DNA of 61,915 bases, the filler included. It is 7 parts of 7 records of this genome, joined end to end, with 100 filler letters (N's around TTAATTAATTAA, not from the genome) between each part and the next. Parts side by side here need not be neighbours in the genome. Positions count along the whole stretch, not along the records: positions 11,379 to 20,973 come from SRR31147125_7217; positions 21,074 to 28,250 come from SRR31147125_7227; positions 28,351 to 43,453 come from SRR31147125_7243; 4 more parts are not named here. One strand, given 5' to 3'. Within the stretch, counting starts at the first letter, position 1. Each line of letters starts with the position of its first letter. The notes below the pieces were generated by a model. The model worked only from the letters and a program-made list of their open reading frames with translations, was not told the DNA's origin and did not search any database. This document shows, one piece after another, positions 20,548-31,158 of the stretch. A program made the position numbers and the translations under genes.

Positions 20548-20973
20548 TTACTTTTGGAAGTATCTTTCTAATAATCCTAAGAATGCTCTACCATGTCTAG
20601 CTTCATCTTTCGCCATTTCATGAACAGTATCATGGATAGCGTCAAATCCTAATTGTTTAGCTCTCTTAGCTAGGTCAAATTTACCAGAAGTAGCTCCATA
20701 TTCAGCTTCTACTCTTTTTTCTAAGTTTACTTTAGAAGATGGTGATACAACTTCTCCTAATAACTCAGCGAATTTTGCTGCGTGCTCAGCTTCTTCAAAA
20801 GCGATTCTTTTGTAAGCCTCTGCAACTTCAGGATATCCTTCTCTGTCTGCTACTCTTGACATTGCTAAATACATACCAACTTCTGTACATTCACCTTCGA
20901 AGTTTTCTCTAAGACCTGCAATAATCTCTTCGTCTCCACAAGCTAATCCTTCACCAATAATGTGCTCAGTAGC
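20548..20973 (-). CDS. Reverse rubrerythrin / NADH peroxidase, 5'-truncated
   Basis: [32 protein letters not shown] di-iron motifs. Confidence 0.9.
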   Translation of the reverse strand, partial: ATEHIIGEGLACGDEEIIAGLRENFEGECTEVGMYLAMSRVADREGYPEVAEAYKRIAFEEAEHAAKFAELLGEVVSPSSKVNLEKRVEAEYGATSGKFDLAKRAKQLGFDAIHDTVHEMAKDEARHGRAFLGLLERYFQK

Positions 20974-21073
20974 NNNNNNNNNNNNNNNNNNNNNNNNNNN
21001 NNNNNNNNNNNNNNNNNTTAATTAATTAANNNNNNNNNNNNNNNNNNNNNNNNNNNNNNNNNNNNNNNNNNNN
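20974..21073. other. Artificial contig linker
   Basis: N44-TTAATTAATTAA-N44. Confidence 0.98.
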
Positions 21074-21230
21074 AGAAGCTGTGCTTCGGGTAAATGAGAT
21101 TAAGCACAACATCCTAAGTTCACTCTTGTCATTTAAAAAACTGATTTCTTTGTTTTGCACGTTCTCATTACCTGATATGCGAAGCACAGCTTCTCAGGTT
21201 AGTTGTGTCCCAAATACAATTTGGGACGCA
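21074..21230. repeat. REP-like inverted-repeat element
   Basis: AGAAGCTGTGCTTCG (21074-21088) inverted at 21180-21194; palindrome GTCCCAAA-tacaa-TTTGGGAC at 21207-21227. Confidence 0.75.
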
Positions 21231-21267
21231 GAGTGAAAAATAATAACACAAAAGGGAGGTAAGTAAA

Positions 21268-22667
21268 ATGTATCGATTCGTTCTTTTGGCATTGATATTC
21301 ATGTTCCTGTTTTCCTGCTCTAACAATCCGTATGAAAAATATGAAAACACAAAATGGACCGGTCCCTATGGTCCCTGGCACATGAGCCTGATTATTGACA
21401 AGGTAGAAGGAACCTATTTTGAAGGAGAAATGCACAAACCAGCAGGACGAATTGCCTACTTTGAAGGCACCTTTTCAGGCAATGATTCACTCACCTTTAC
21501 AGAATTATACCATGTGCTGGGTCAAGGTCTCACAATGAATGGTACCTATCCGGGTATAATAGTGGGTGATACGTTAAAGGGTATATGTAATTTTTTCAAT
21601 GTGCCGTTACCGGATGAAAGCCTTCATCGTTATACTCTGATCAAGGACAAAACCTTTACAGAAAAAACAGCCGAGCAAAAACGCATCAGCAAAGCCTTTC
21701 AAAAAACAAAACATATAACCAAAAAGATCGGTTCACTTGCACCCGCAGGATATAAATCATTCAATAAACTCGATGCATCTCAAAAAAGTAAATATGCCGA
21801 TCTTGTGAGGAAAAAAAGAGACATCTTAACAAAAGAATACGAGTCTATTCAAGACGATAAAATCCACAAGATGGTGCAGGACCAATTTTTTAACGATACC
21901 TATACAATCTGGCGGCTGGCGAAAGATCCACGAGATTCCACCTGGTTATTACACGAAATTGACAAGGCAAAGGAAGGACAGGATGGATATTACAGAATGC
22001 AGCATATGAAACTGAGAGTGACACATCAATCCTTTGAACAGTACACTCAATTCCTGAAGGATATGCTGGTTAAAAAACTGGTTTTAAATGATCAAATTCA
22101 ATTATTATATGATTTACTCTACGCCTCAGAACGCAATCCGGAATTCGAATCCGAGTTTCAGCAGAGATATGCTGCTTTGAAAAAGCAACATCCTGAGAAA
22201 AAAGAGTTGATTAATTTATCCAAACGCGTTGAGACCATAGCGACGTCAAAAAGATTAAAAGTTGGAACAAAAGCACCGGATTTTAACCTCACAACCCTCG
22301 CAGGTAAAAATCTGAAACTTGGCGATTTTAGAAAAAGTTCGTTTTTATTGACTTTTGGGGTTCCTGGTGTGGGCCGTGCCGGGGTGAAATCCCCAATATC
22401 AAGAAACTTGTGAATACCATTCCACAGAACAAACTCCAGGTCATCGGTTTAGCCAAAGATGATGAAAGCACCCTGAAAAAATTCATAAAAAAAGAAAACA
22501 TTCCTTATCCAAATGCGCTGGCTGATCAGAAATTACTATCTGCTTATGGTATATCAGGATATCCAACAACATTTCTCATCGGTCCTGATGGAAAAATTGC
22601 AGCCAAAAACCTGCGCGGTGAAAATCTCGCCGAGCTTGTGCAGGAAAAAATAAGGATGTACAAGTAA
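21268..22667 (+). CDS. Lipoprotein with C-terminal TlpA/redoxin domain, split by a 1-nt frameshift near 22332-22336
   Basis: Lipobox FSC; APDFNLTT; adding one A gives FVFIDFWGSWCGPCRGEIP, continuing into YGISGYPTTFLIGPDGKI. Confidence 0.85.
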
Positions 22668-22672
22668 GGTTT

Positions 22673-22704
22673 TCTGCCACCCACATTTATTTTTGGGTGG
22701 CAGA
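22673..22704 (+). terminator. Terminator-like hairpin
   Basis: TCTGCCACCCA ... TGGGTGGCAGA, then T-rich sequence. Confidence 0.7.
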
Positions 22705-22714
22705 TTATTTATTC

Positions 22715-22734
22715 TCCGTCCCAAACTGCAATTT
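22715..22734. repeat. Half copy of the REP-like palindrome
   Basis: TCCGTCCCAAACTGCAATTT. Confidence 0.6.
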
Positions 22735-22876
22735 ATCTCGCACATAAATAATATTTTCTTGCAATTCACCCTAATATTTATAATATAATTAATAATTAAA
22801 TCTATACGTTCAGTAACAAAATATAACATTCTATCCAATTATAAGAGAAAGCACAACAATTGATGAAATCTCAATT

Positions 22877-23344
22877 ATGCTGATCTATTGCTTTAAAGTA
22901 GCTCTTGATGGCAATAAACGTATTTACAGATATATCGAAATACTGGGCAGGCAAACGTTAGCTGATTTACATAAGACCATCTTTTCCGCCTTTGACAGAT
23001 ACGATGATCATCTTTATTCTTTCTTTATAACTGAGCAACCCATTAAAAACATACGAAAAAGATATGATTTTCCGGAATATACATCGCCCTATGGTATGGA
23101 TGATGATGTCTCCTTTCCGGAAAAAAGAAAACAAAATGCTGTGAAAACCGAAATCAAGGAGCTGGGAATCAATGCAAAGGACACATTTTATTATTTATTC
23201 GATTTTGGCGATGAATGGTGGCATGAGATAACGCTCCTGTCTGTATTGGATGCGAAAGCAACAAAAGGTTATCCGAAAATCGCTAAAATTGTTGGCGAAT
23301 CCCCGGATCAGTATTCGGACGATGACGATGATGAGGAATGGTAA
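22877..23344 (+). CDS. Plasmid pRiA4b ORF-3-like protein
   Basis: TLADLHKTIFSAF..DDHLYSF and YLFDFGDEWWHEI. Confidence 0.88.
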   Translation: MLIYCFKVALDGNKRIYRYIEILGRQTLADLHKTIFSAFDRYDDHLYSFFITEQPIKNIRKRYDFPEYTSPYGMDDDVSFPEKRKQNAVKTEIKELGINAKDTFYYLFDFGDEWWHEITLLSVLDAKATKGYPKIAKIVGESPDQYSDDDDDEEW

Positions 23345-23740
23345 TCCTGAACACGAACGATGCGGCCACATTGGGTCCCCTGGCGCCCATACCAATTCAC
23401 TAGGTGTCAAACACACACTATAAATTTTCACTCAAAGGCATGCGTGTTTGACACGAATAGCAATAACTTGAATACGAATAGTTACACTCCAGGGACAAAA
23501 TCTCCGGAGTGTTAGCTCCCCTGTGTTTCCGAATGTAAATCCATTACTTAAAAAATCTTTGTTGTAAGAATGAACCGCAGCAACAGGTTCGTTTTTACCC
23601 GCCATCCTCTGATTCTTTCAGAATATATCCGACTTTACCTTTCATAGACATGCATTTATACAATAAATTTATTTGTTTGTATTCCTGCTGATCTGGTAAG
23701 TTATGTTTTAATAAACAACCAACCTATTCAACTCATAAAG

Positions 23741-26700
23741 ATGGAGCACTGGACTAAAATGAAAAGATGGTACCAGACTGTGATGATGTGTCTCATTTCA
23801 TTTACGACTTTTGCCTATGCCGAAAACGTCAGTAAAACAGATGTGCAAAAAATAGCCTCTGCCTTTTTAAATCAACAATGCCGCAAAAGCTCACAAGCTC
23901 TGCATAAGAAAATCACAAAAAGCATCGTATCCATCAGCAAACTAGAGGATTCGAAAACCGGGGATCTATTAGCCCATATTGTAAATATCGAGCCAAAAGG
24001 TTTTATCATTTTTTCAAATGATACCGATCTGGAGCCGATCATTGCCTATTCCTTCACACAAAACTGGAGCGCGGACACAAGTAGCGCAAACGCGCTTTAC
24101 CACATGATTCAGTATGATTTAAAGCTCAGAACCAAAGCATTGCTCACACATGTATTACCGCAGACAACAATAGAGCAAAACAGATTAGAATGGCAAAACC
24201 GGACTAATAATGAACCTTTTCAGCAATGGCCACAGGAAGGCAGCACAAACACAGGAGGATGGGTCGAAACCGAATGGCACCAATCATCACCCTTTAATGA
24301 TTTTTGTCCTCTGGATCCACAAGATCAATCACGTAGTATTGTTGGCTGTACGGCCACGGCATTGGCCCAGATTATTCATTATCATAAATATATTGGAGGA
24401 TGTGCGTTTGATTCTGAGGATGAATATGTTTCTTTAACTCAAAACATCCATATAGATGCTGACAGTGCCAGTCTTGATTTTCCTTCATTTGCCAGATTAA
24501 ATCAGTGTCTTGATAGTCTTGACTATAAATATCAGCACAATATACCTCCAAATGAGAAGGATTTGGCTGCTCTCAACTTTGCCTGTGGTATCAGCACGGA
24601 AATGGACTACTCTTCCTATAGATCTGGTGCATTCGTAACTAAAGTTCCGGAAGCGTTAACCACAAAATTCCATTATTTTTCGGCAAAAAATAAACAAGTG
24701 ACTGAAAATGACTTTTATAGCGCCTTAATTGCCAATATGATGAACGCGTTGCCAGTAGAATTATCCATTGCCGATCAATATCAGGGGAATGCTCATGCCA
24801 TCGTTTGTGATGGTTATAATAGTGATGATTTTTATCACTTGAATTTTGGCTGGGCAGAAAGTACGCAGCTTTGCTGGTATCTGTTACCAGAGGGCATGCC
24901 TTCAGGTTATTGCATTATTAAAAATGGTGTGTTTGACATCCTTGCCAAAGACAATCATTATCTCTCATTACAAATCAATCCCGAATACAGCTATCTGGGT
25001 GCAGCTGTGATCGCGGATACATCGCTTAAACAAAACATTCAATTAGAGAACCAAAGCGATTCAACTATACATGTAAACTGGATTCGCTCAACCCATTGTT
25101 TTAATATAAAAAAAGATGAAAAGTTCGGAAACAATCTCACCGGTTTTGATATTGCGCCAGGGGAAAAAGACTCATTATCCATCGTCTGTATACCGGACAG
25201 TGTCGGACTGCTGCAAGGTCAGGTGTTGGTAAATTATTCTGTTTCAGAAAAAGAATTTACCAGGGTAATCATGTTGCAATGCTATTCTACCCCGTCAAAT
25301 GCAACGATAATCAATAAAGGGGAATTACATGGCACATTAACAAAAACCCATTCCCCCTATTATGTCATCGGCGAAATTGCGGTAAAATCCGGGGATTCAT
25401 TAAAAATAGAACCGGGCTGTCGGTTGTATTTTTTTCCGTTTTCTTTTACTATCGGGGAAAACACCCAACTCTGTGCCAGAGGTACAGCTTCTGACTCGAT
25501 TTATTTCACAGCTGTCGATACATCCCAAGGTTGGTTTGGACTGGACTTTTACGAATCGGCGGATGATGATACTCTGTCCTATTGCAACATTGCCCATGCT
25601 ACAGCTCAAAAAACAGACCTCGAATATCATGAGGATACGCCAAACATTGGTATTTTTTGTAAAAATTCTTCTCCTTTTATTTGCCATAATACTATTTGCT
25701 ATAATAAAAGTGATTATTACGGTGGAGGTATTTTATGCAAGTCCAACTCTTCACCGACAATTTGTTATAATATTATCAGGAATAATAGAGCAGGCATGTA
25801 TGGTGGTGGCATCTATTGTGCTTATGATTCCGCACCGATTATTCAAAACAACATAATCAGTAACAATATTGCTGATAATTCAGGTGGTGGAATAGGATGT
25901 CGTCATTCATCTTCTTTCATCAGCAACAATATCATCGTCAACAATGAAGGAAAATATTTTGGCGGCGGCATAAATTCCTCTGACAGTTATATTCAGTTGA
26001 TAAATAATACCATCTGTAATAACACCAGCAGAATAGAAGGCGCGGGATTTAATTTTTATGATGGCACCACCATGCTGAGCAATAACATTATCCGAGGTAA
26101 CAAAAGTAATAGTGACAGTCAAATTGGTTTCCGATTCTATGATGATTCCAATACGACAATAAGTTATTGTAATATTGAGGGAGATTGGCAAAACATGCTG
26201 AATGAAATCGATATTGTAAACTTTGATCACAATATGGATGTCAATCCCCTTTTTGTAAATGGCACCGAAGGTCCTGGTTTGGACTATGATGGTTGGAAAG
26301 CAGACTGGCATTTACAGGCAGATTCACCCTGTATAGATGCCGGCAATCCGAATGATCCAATAGCTGCGGAATCCTTTCCGCACAGGTACCTGGTAAATTT
26401 AGGCGCGTATGGTGGTACGGATCAGGCGACAAAAAGTTCAGCGAAAATTCTGACTATAACTCCAACTCCTCTGGATTTTGGTATACTGAAAGATCCTGAA
26501 GAAAAAGAACTTTTGCTTTATTTAAAAAATGGTACGCTTTTGGATATTCAAATAAATGAAATACTCTCATCCAATCCCGAACATTTCTCGATTTTTTCAT
26601 TTCAGAACAGCGGCGAGCCGGGTATGGACATAAAATCCGGAGCCATAGACAGCATCCTGGTAAAATTTACATCCACTGACCCTATCGATAAAACCTACAT

Positions 26701-28102
26701 AGATTCGCTAATCCTAAAAGTGGATGGCAAGCCTGACCAAACGATACCTCTGAGGGCAGAGGTCATTGTAAACACACCCATAACAGGAAAAGATATCTCC
26801 GGAACCTGGACAAAGGCCAATTCCCCTTATTGTATCTATACCAATATTGCCATTCCACAGGGTCAAAGCCTGACCATTGAGCCGGGAGTGGAGGTCCGGT
26901 TCATGGGCAGATACTGGTTACAGGTGGGTGTTGACGCACAATTACGAGCCATGGGATCGGAATCTGATTCGGTTCGTTTTTGGGCCCCGGATACAACAAC
27001 AGGTTGGGGAGGAATCGATTTTATTGAAAGTGGCCGGGACGATACACTGGCATATTGTTTTATCACCCATTCAAAAGGTAAAAAAAGAAAATTTGATGGA
27101 GGAGGGATCTATATTGATTCTTGCGCTCCCACAATAACGCATTGTCGGATTAGCGGTAATAAAGGAATTAGTGGTGGCGGCCTGCTATGCAAAAACAATA
27201 GTGAACCCACAATAACGTTTACCGAGATCACAAATAATATTACAACGTCCATGGCTGGTGCAATAGACATCCGTTATTCCTCCCCTTTTTTTCAAAACTG
27301 CCTGTTATCTTGTGATTCTTCAGAGGTGATTTATTGTGTAGATTCATCACCCTCTTTTTGTAATGTAACTCTGACTTATTCAGATAATGTCGCTATTGAT
27401 ATGGACGATTGTGAAGCTTTTTTTCACAATTCCATTATTTGGCCAAAACAAAGATCGACTAATGAATCAAGTGTTGTTCTCTATAAAACAACCATAGAAT
27501 TCACCTACTCGGCTGTCGACACAACCCGGTCAAACTGGCTAAAGACCTGGAGACAGGAATATCATCTCAGCTGGGGAACCGGCACTATTTTTTCGGATCC
27601 ATTGTTTACAGCTCCTCTGCAAAACAATTTCACCTTACAGAATGGATCCCCCTGTATAGATGCCGGCGATCCAGGTGCCCAATTCAACGATCCGGAAGAA
27701 CCCTATGCATCGGGCCAGGCTCTCTTTCCGGCAGGGGGCACACTCAGAAATGATATGGGTTACTATGGAGGAGGCGTTCATAATATTCTTTCCAACGTAA
27801 ATGTGGCCCAAAACAGGATCCCACAGCAATATGCGTTATCACAAAATTATCCCAATCCCTTTAATCAAAGGACAATCATTCAATATCAACTCCCGGAAAA
27901 ATGTCCTGTACAGGTGACCATTCATAATTTATTAGGACAACAAATCAAAACGCTTGTTGAGCAGGTAAAGGATGCCGGTACCTATAAAGTCACCTGGGAT
28001 GGTACTAATGAATCCGGTCAACAGGTCAGCAGTGGTGTTTACATTTATCGAATAAAAATGGAAAAAGTAAATGATTCCAAAAAGCTTATTCTGCTTCGCT
28101 AA
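23741..28102 (+). CDS. Secreted C10 (streptopain-family) cysteine peptidase with duplicated Ig/beta-helix modules and FlgD-Ig/T9SS-like C-terminal domain
   Basis: Signal peptide, Spi-like prodomain, WHQ, GCTATALAQ, HAIVCDGY, HLNFGW; GGGI repeats; YALSQNYPNPFN...SGVYIYRI. Confidence 0.88.
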   Translation: MEHWTKMKRWYQTVMMCLISFTTFAYAENVSKTDVQKIASAFLNQQCRKSSQALHKKITKSIVSISKLEDSKTGDLLAHIVNIEPKGFIIFSNDTDLEPIIAYSFTQNWSADTSSANALYHMIQYDLKLRTKALLTHVLPQTTIEQNRLEWQNRTNNEPFQQWPQEGSTNTGGWVETEWHQSSPFNDFCPLDPQDQSRSIVGCTATALAQIIHYHKYIGGCAFDSEDEYVSLTQNIHIDADSASLDFPSFARLNQCLDSLDYKYQHNIPPNEKDLAALNFACGISTEMDYSSYRSGAFVTKVPEALTTKFHYFSAKNKQVTENDFYSALIANMMNALPVELSIADQYQGNAHAIVCDGYNSDDFYHLNFGWAESTQLCWYLLPEGMPSGYCIIKNGVFDILAKDNHYLSLQINPEYSYLGAAVIADTSLKQNIQLENQSDSTIHVNWIRSTHCFNIKKDEKFGNNLTGFDIAPGEKDSLSIVCIPDSVGLLQGQVLVNYSVSEKEFTRVIMLQCYSTPSNATIINKGELHGTLTKTHSPYYVIGEIAVKSGDSLKIEPGCRLYFFPFSFTIGENTQLCARGTASDSIYFTAVDTSQGWFGLDFYESADDDTLSYCNIAHATAQKTDLEYHEDTPNIGIFCKNSSPFICHNTICYNKSDYYGGGILCKSNSSPTICYNIIRNNRAGMYGGGIYCAYDSAPIIQNNIISNNIADNSGGGIGCRHSSSFISNNIIVNNEGKYFGGGINSSDSYIQLINNTICNNTSRIEGAGFNFYDGTTMLSNNIIRGNKSNSDSQIGFRFYDDSNTTISYCNIEGDWQNMLNEIDIVNFDHNMDVNPLFVNGTEGPGLDYDGWKADWHLQADSPCIDAGNPNDPIAAESFPHRYLVNLGAYGGTDQATKSSAKILTITPTPLDFGILKDPEEKELLLYLKNGTLLDIQINEILSSNPEHFSIFSFQNSGEPGMDIKSGAIDSILVKFTSTDPIDKTYIDSLILKVDGKPDQTIPLRAEVIVNTPITGKDISGTWTKANSPYCIYTNIAIPQGQSLTIEPGVEVRFMGRYWLQVGVDAQLRAMGSESDSVRFWAPDTTTGWGGIDFIESGRDDTLAYCFITHSKGKKRKFDGGGIYIDSCAPTITHCRISGNKGISGGGLLCKNNSEPTITFTEITNNITTSMAGAIDIRYSSPFFQNCLLSCDSSEVIYCVDSSPSFCNVTLTYSDNVAIDMDDCEAFFHNSIIWPKQRSTNESSVVLYKTTIEFTYSAVDTTRSNWLKTWRQEYHLSWGTGTIFSDPLFTAPLQNNFTLQNGSPCIDAGDPGAQFNDPEEPYASGQALFPAGGTLRNDMGYYGGGVHNILSNVNVAQNRIPQQYALSQNYPNPFNQRTIIQYQLPEKCPVQVTIHNLLGQQIKTLVEQVKDAGTYKVTWDGTNESGQQVSSGVYIYRIKMEKVNDSKKLILLR

Positions 28103-28214
28103 GACGTCTTTTTCATGAGCCGTTTATTTTCTGCTATATCCAAGTCTTTTGGAGTGTGATGACCGTGTAATCACAATTTCTTATTATCTTACATATAATC
28201 ATAAATTTACCAAC

Positions 28215-28244
28215 TTCCGCCCCAAACTGCAGTTTGGGACGGAA
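28215..28244. repeat. REP-like palindrome at contig end
   Basis: TTCCGCCCCAAACTGCAGTTTGGGACGGAA. Confidence 0.75.
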
Positions 28245-28250
28245 CTGGCA

Positions 28251-28350
28251 NNNNNNNNNNNNNNNNNNNNNNNNNNNNNNNNNNNNNNNNNNNNTTAATT
28301 AATTAANNNNNNNNNNNNNNNNNNNNNNNNNNNNNNNNNNNNNNNNNNNN
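28251..28350. other. Artificial contig linker
   Basis: N44-TTAATTAATTAA-N44. Confidence 0.98.
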
Positions 28351-28449
28351 TATTGGGTATTCTTAGATTACCATTTGTATAAATGCCATATACCTGAAGA
28401 AGTTAAATTAAAACATATTGAAGAAATAAAAGAAAAAGTATATCATTAA
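28351..28449 (+). CDS. C-terminal fragment of an unidentified gene
   Basis: Open frame YWVFLDYHLYKCHIPEEVKLKHIEEIKEKVYH* from the contig edge. Confidence 0.45.
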   Translation, partial: YWVFLDYHLYKCHIPEEVKLKHIEEIKEKVYH

Positions 28450-28560
28450 TTCACAAAAAATAGTATTTGAATTTTAATCAGTATTTATCTGAATGTAGAT
28501 ATTAAGAAGATATAATTAATAAAAATGACCGATATTTCAGATAAGAAATAATTAAATAAT

Positions 28561-28638
28561 AACAGCGGGAGAAAACAAATTGGGGAATGGTTGTGCTTTT
28601 ATGTTACAAAATAGCGACATTTAAGTGTCGCTTTTTTT
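28561..28638 (+). ncRNA. Structured element copy 1: GGGG-loop hairpin plus intrinsic terminator
   Basis: TTGGGGAATG..TTG..CTT....TGTT, then AGCGACA-7 nt-GTCGC-T7; colinear with copy 2 near 43000. Confidence 0.55.
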
Positions 28639-28674
28639 GACCTCATACCAATGAGTTCAATAGTTCCATATATG

Positions 28675-28751
28675 TATAATATTATGTTATCTGTTAACAT
28701 ATATTATAAAATTTAAAGAAATATTGTATTAAATAAGTTAATAATAACTTA
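28675..28751 (+). promoter_or_regulatory. Promoter -10 plus two operator-like palindromes upstream of the XRE gene
   Basis: TATAAT 28675-28680; TATGTTA-5-TAACATA (28683-28701); TAAGTTA-4-TAACTTA (28734-28751). Confidence 0.55.
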
Positions 28752-28799
28752 AATTTAATTAAAAAGAAATATAAAATCAAAACAAAAGGAGGTGAGAAA

Positions 28800-29843
28800 A
28801 TGATTCAAACACAAAATATATTGGATATCATTAGAGAACTTGAAACATTAAGATACAGATTGAGATTAACTCAAAGTGATATAGCTAATTATTTGTCAAT
28901 TACAAGGCAGTCATATGCTAAATTGGTTAATCAAAATTATATAAAACTATCGACAAAAACTAAATATAGAATCAATCAGTTGCTAACAGATGGGGAATTA
29001 GATATCAAAAAAGCTGAGGAGGTCATCAAGTACTATCAAACGCTAGAATATACGTTGAAAACTATTGGTGATCTTGATGATAAAGAGATACAGCATTATA
29101 CAAATATAATCAAGTATGTCAATTATTGGAATAATGAGAGCATGAGAAAGCAAAAGTATATGGAAAAAATAGATGCTCATATTCAAAATTTTCATATGAG
29201 AGCAAACCCATATTATTTATACTTTCATATGTTTTTTCATAAAGATCTACAACCGGTCCTAACCTTTCAAATTAATTATCAAGAGAATCTTGTGGAAAAC
29301 GTATGTTTAGATAGTATTGTTCAAACTGACTATAACCATAAGGGATACGATTTAAATTATCAAAATAATTGGGAAAAATCATTTACCAAAAAAACTTTTA
29401 CATTTGAAGAGTTTATCAAGAGCCTATCATCGTTTTATCAAGGGAAATTAAAATATATTGTTTATCTAGATCATTTTGACAATGAATTTGACTACATATT
29501 AGAAAACATTAAACCTAAGTATAAAAAAATCTTTAACAATTTGAGTTTCTTAGATGTTTCAAGGTTATTTCAAGTGAGTTTAAATAACAAACAGTCTATA
29601 GAAAATGTTATATCAAATTATATAGAAATTGATAACGATAGATTATTAAAAGATGCTCAATACAGAAATAATCAAATAATCAAACTTGTTAAAATGATTG
29701 CTGGGTATAATTATTCAAGCAGAGACGAGAGTATATTAGATTTTTTAAAAACAAATGATTCTGAACAGTTTACAAAAGGTAATCAAATTTTACAAGAAAT
29801 AATTGAAAGAAGAAAGAAAAAACGAAAATTTAGAGGAAAATAG
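28800..29843 (+). CDS. XRE-family HTH protein with uncharacterised, possibly degenerate DnaQ-exonuclease-like C-terminal domain
   Basis: LRLTQSDIANYLSITRQSYAKL; strong RBS AAGGAGGTG; FLDVSRLF...SIENV...LLKDAQ. Confidence 0.75.
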   Translation: MIQTQNILDIIRELETLRYRLRLTQSDIANYLSITRQSYAKLVNQNYIKLSTKTKYRINQLLTDGELDIKKAEEVIKYYQTLEYTLKTIGDLDDKEIQHYTNIIKYVNYWNNESMRKQKYMEKIDAHIQNFHMRANPYYLYFHMFFHKDLQPVLTFQINYQENLVENVCLDSIVQTDYNHKGYDLNYQNNWEKSFTKKTFTFEEFIKSLSSFYQGKLKYIVYLDHFDNEFDYILENIKPKYKKIFNNLSFLDVSRLFQVSLNNKQSIENVISNYIEIDNDRLLKDAQYRNNQIIKLVKMIAGYNYSSRDESILDFLKTNDSEQFTKGNQILQEIIERRKKKRKFRGK

Positions 29844-29844
29844 A

Positions 29845-31158
29845 ATGATAAAAAATATTAAAAAATTCGATGTAAAATTATTTATTGCTATCCTAGTAAC
29901 AGGATTACTTCCAACGTTATATACCACTGTAAGATTTAATTTCTTAGGTAATTTACCAGGTGATTGGGGCTATAATATAGCTTCTCAACTTCAATATGTA
30001 AATTTGATCTTTGAAGTTATGCAGGAAATGTTGATTTTACCACTATTCTTTTTAATTGGAAAAACAATGACGAATAATCAAGAGACTAAAAATAAAATCA
30101 AAACTGGTTTGATTTCTTTATTTATTACAATAACACTACTGAGCTTTATCATTTTTATTTTTGCAGAAGCTATTGTAGTAAACATGGCTCAAGATACTAG
30201 TTTAATACAAGAAACAGTTATTTATATTCGATATGAATTGATCGGTATTATATTTAGTAATTTGGTTAAATTTCTAATGGTTGTACTAGTACTTAGAGCT
30301 TGGAAAAAAGATATCTATATATTATTAATCATACAAATGATATTTACTATATTATTAGATTCAGTATTTCTAAGTGAGTTAAGTTTTAGTTTAAATCTAG
30401 GCGTTAATGGTATCGCTTATACGAACATCATCGTTAATCTAATGATGTTTATATATTTAATGTTTGTGATATTTAAAAGATATGACATTGAAATCAAAAA
30501 ATTTTTCAAACGATTATCCTTTGAATGGCAAAAAGAATGGATAAAAGTCGGAGGGTTTAGTGGTTTAGAATCATTTGTTAGAAACCTAGCGTTTATGATT
30601 ATGATTATCCGAATGATAAATATGGTTAGTGAACAAGGTACATATTGGGTAGCAAATGGATTTATTTGGAGTTGGATGTTATTACCTGTACTATCATTAG
30701 GGGAACTGATTAAAAAAGAAACCTCAGAATCAGATGATAAAATTAGATCTAAAACTTTTGGATATTTTATGATCACTACAATCATTGTTGTTGTATGGTT
30801 GTTAACAATTCCATTATGGAAGCCATTTATACAACATATAATGAATGTTGATGCATATGAAAAAGTGTTTCATATTGTATTATTACAACTCATATTTTAT
30901 GTCATATTTGCTTACAATAACATTATGGATAGCACATTTTATGGAGTTGGGAAAACTAATTATATGTTGTATCAGTCTTTAATTGTGAATATCATTTGGT
31001 ATGGAGGAGCATTCATATTGTTTAAAATAGGATTATTTATTCCTACTTTAGCTAGCATTGCATTACTTTTTGGTCTAGGTATGGCATTTGATTTTATACC
31101 AACAATTGTTTTATATATCAAATTATTAAAAGATAGAAAGATAAAAATTGAATTATGA
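29845..31158 (+). CDS. MATE/MOP-superfamily transporter
   Basis: About 12 hydrophobic segments in two halves; LNLGVNGIAYTNI; ATG 1 nt after the upstream stop. Confidence 0.8.
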   Translation: MIKNIKKFDVKLFIAILVTGLLPTLYTTVRFNFLGNLPGDWGYNIASQLQYVNLIFEVMQEMLILPLFFLIGKTMTNNQETKNKIKTGLISLFITITLLSFIIFIFAEAIVVNMAQDTSLIQETVIYIRYELIGIIFSNLVKFLMVVLVLRAWKKDIYILLIIQMIFTILLDSVFLSELSFSLNLGVNGIAYTNIIVNLMMFIYLMFVIFKRYDIEIKKFFKRLSFEWQKEWIKVGGFSGLESFVRNLAFMIMIIRMINMVSEQGTYWVANGFIWSWMLLPVLSLGELIKKETSESDDKIRSKTFGYFMITTIIVVVWLLTIPLWKPFIQHIMNVDAYEKVFHIVLLQLIFYVIFAYNNIMDSTFYGVGKTNYMLYQSLIVNIIWYGGAFILFKIGLFIPTLASIALLFGLGMAFDFIPTIVLYIKLLKDRKIKIEL

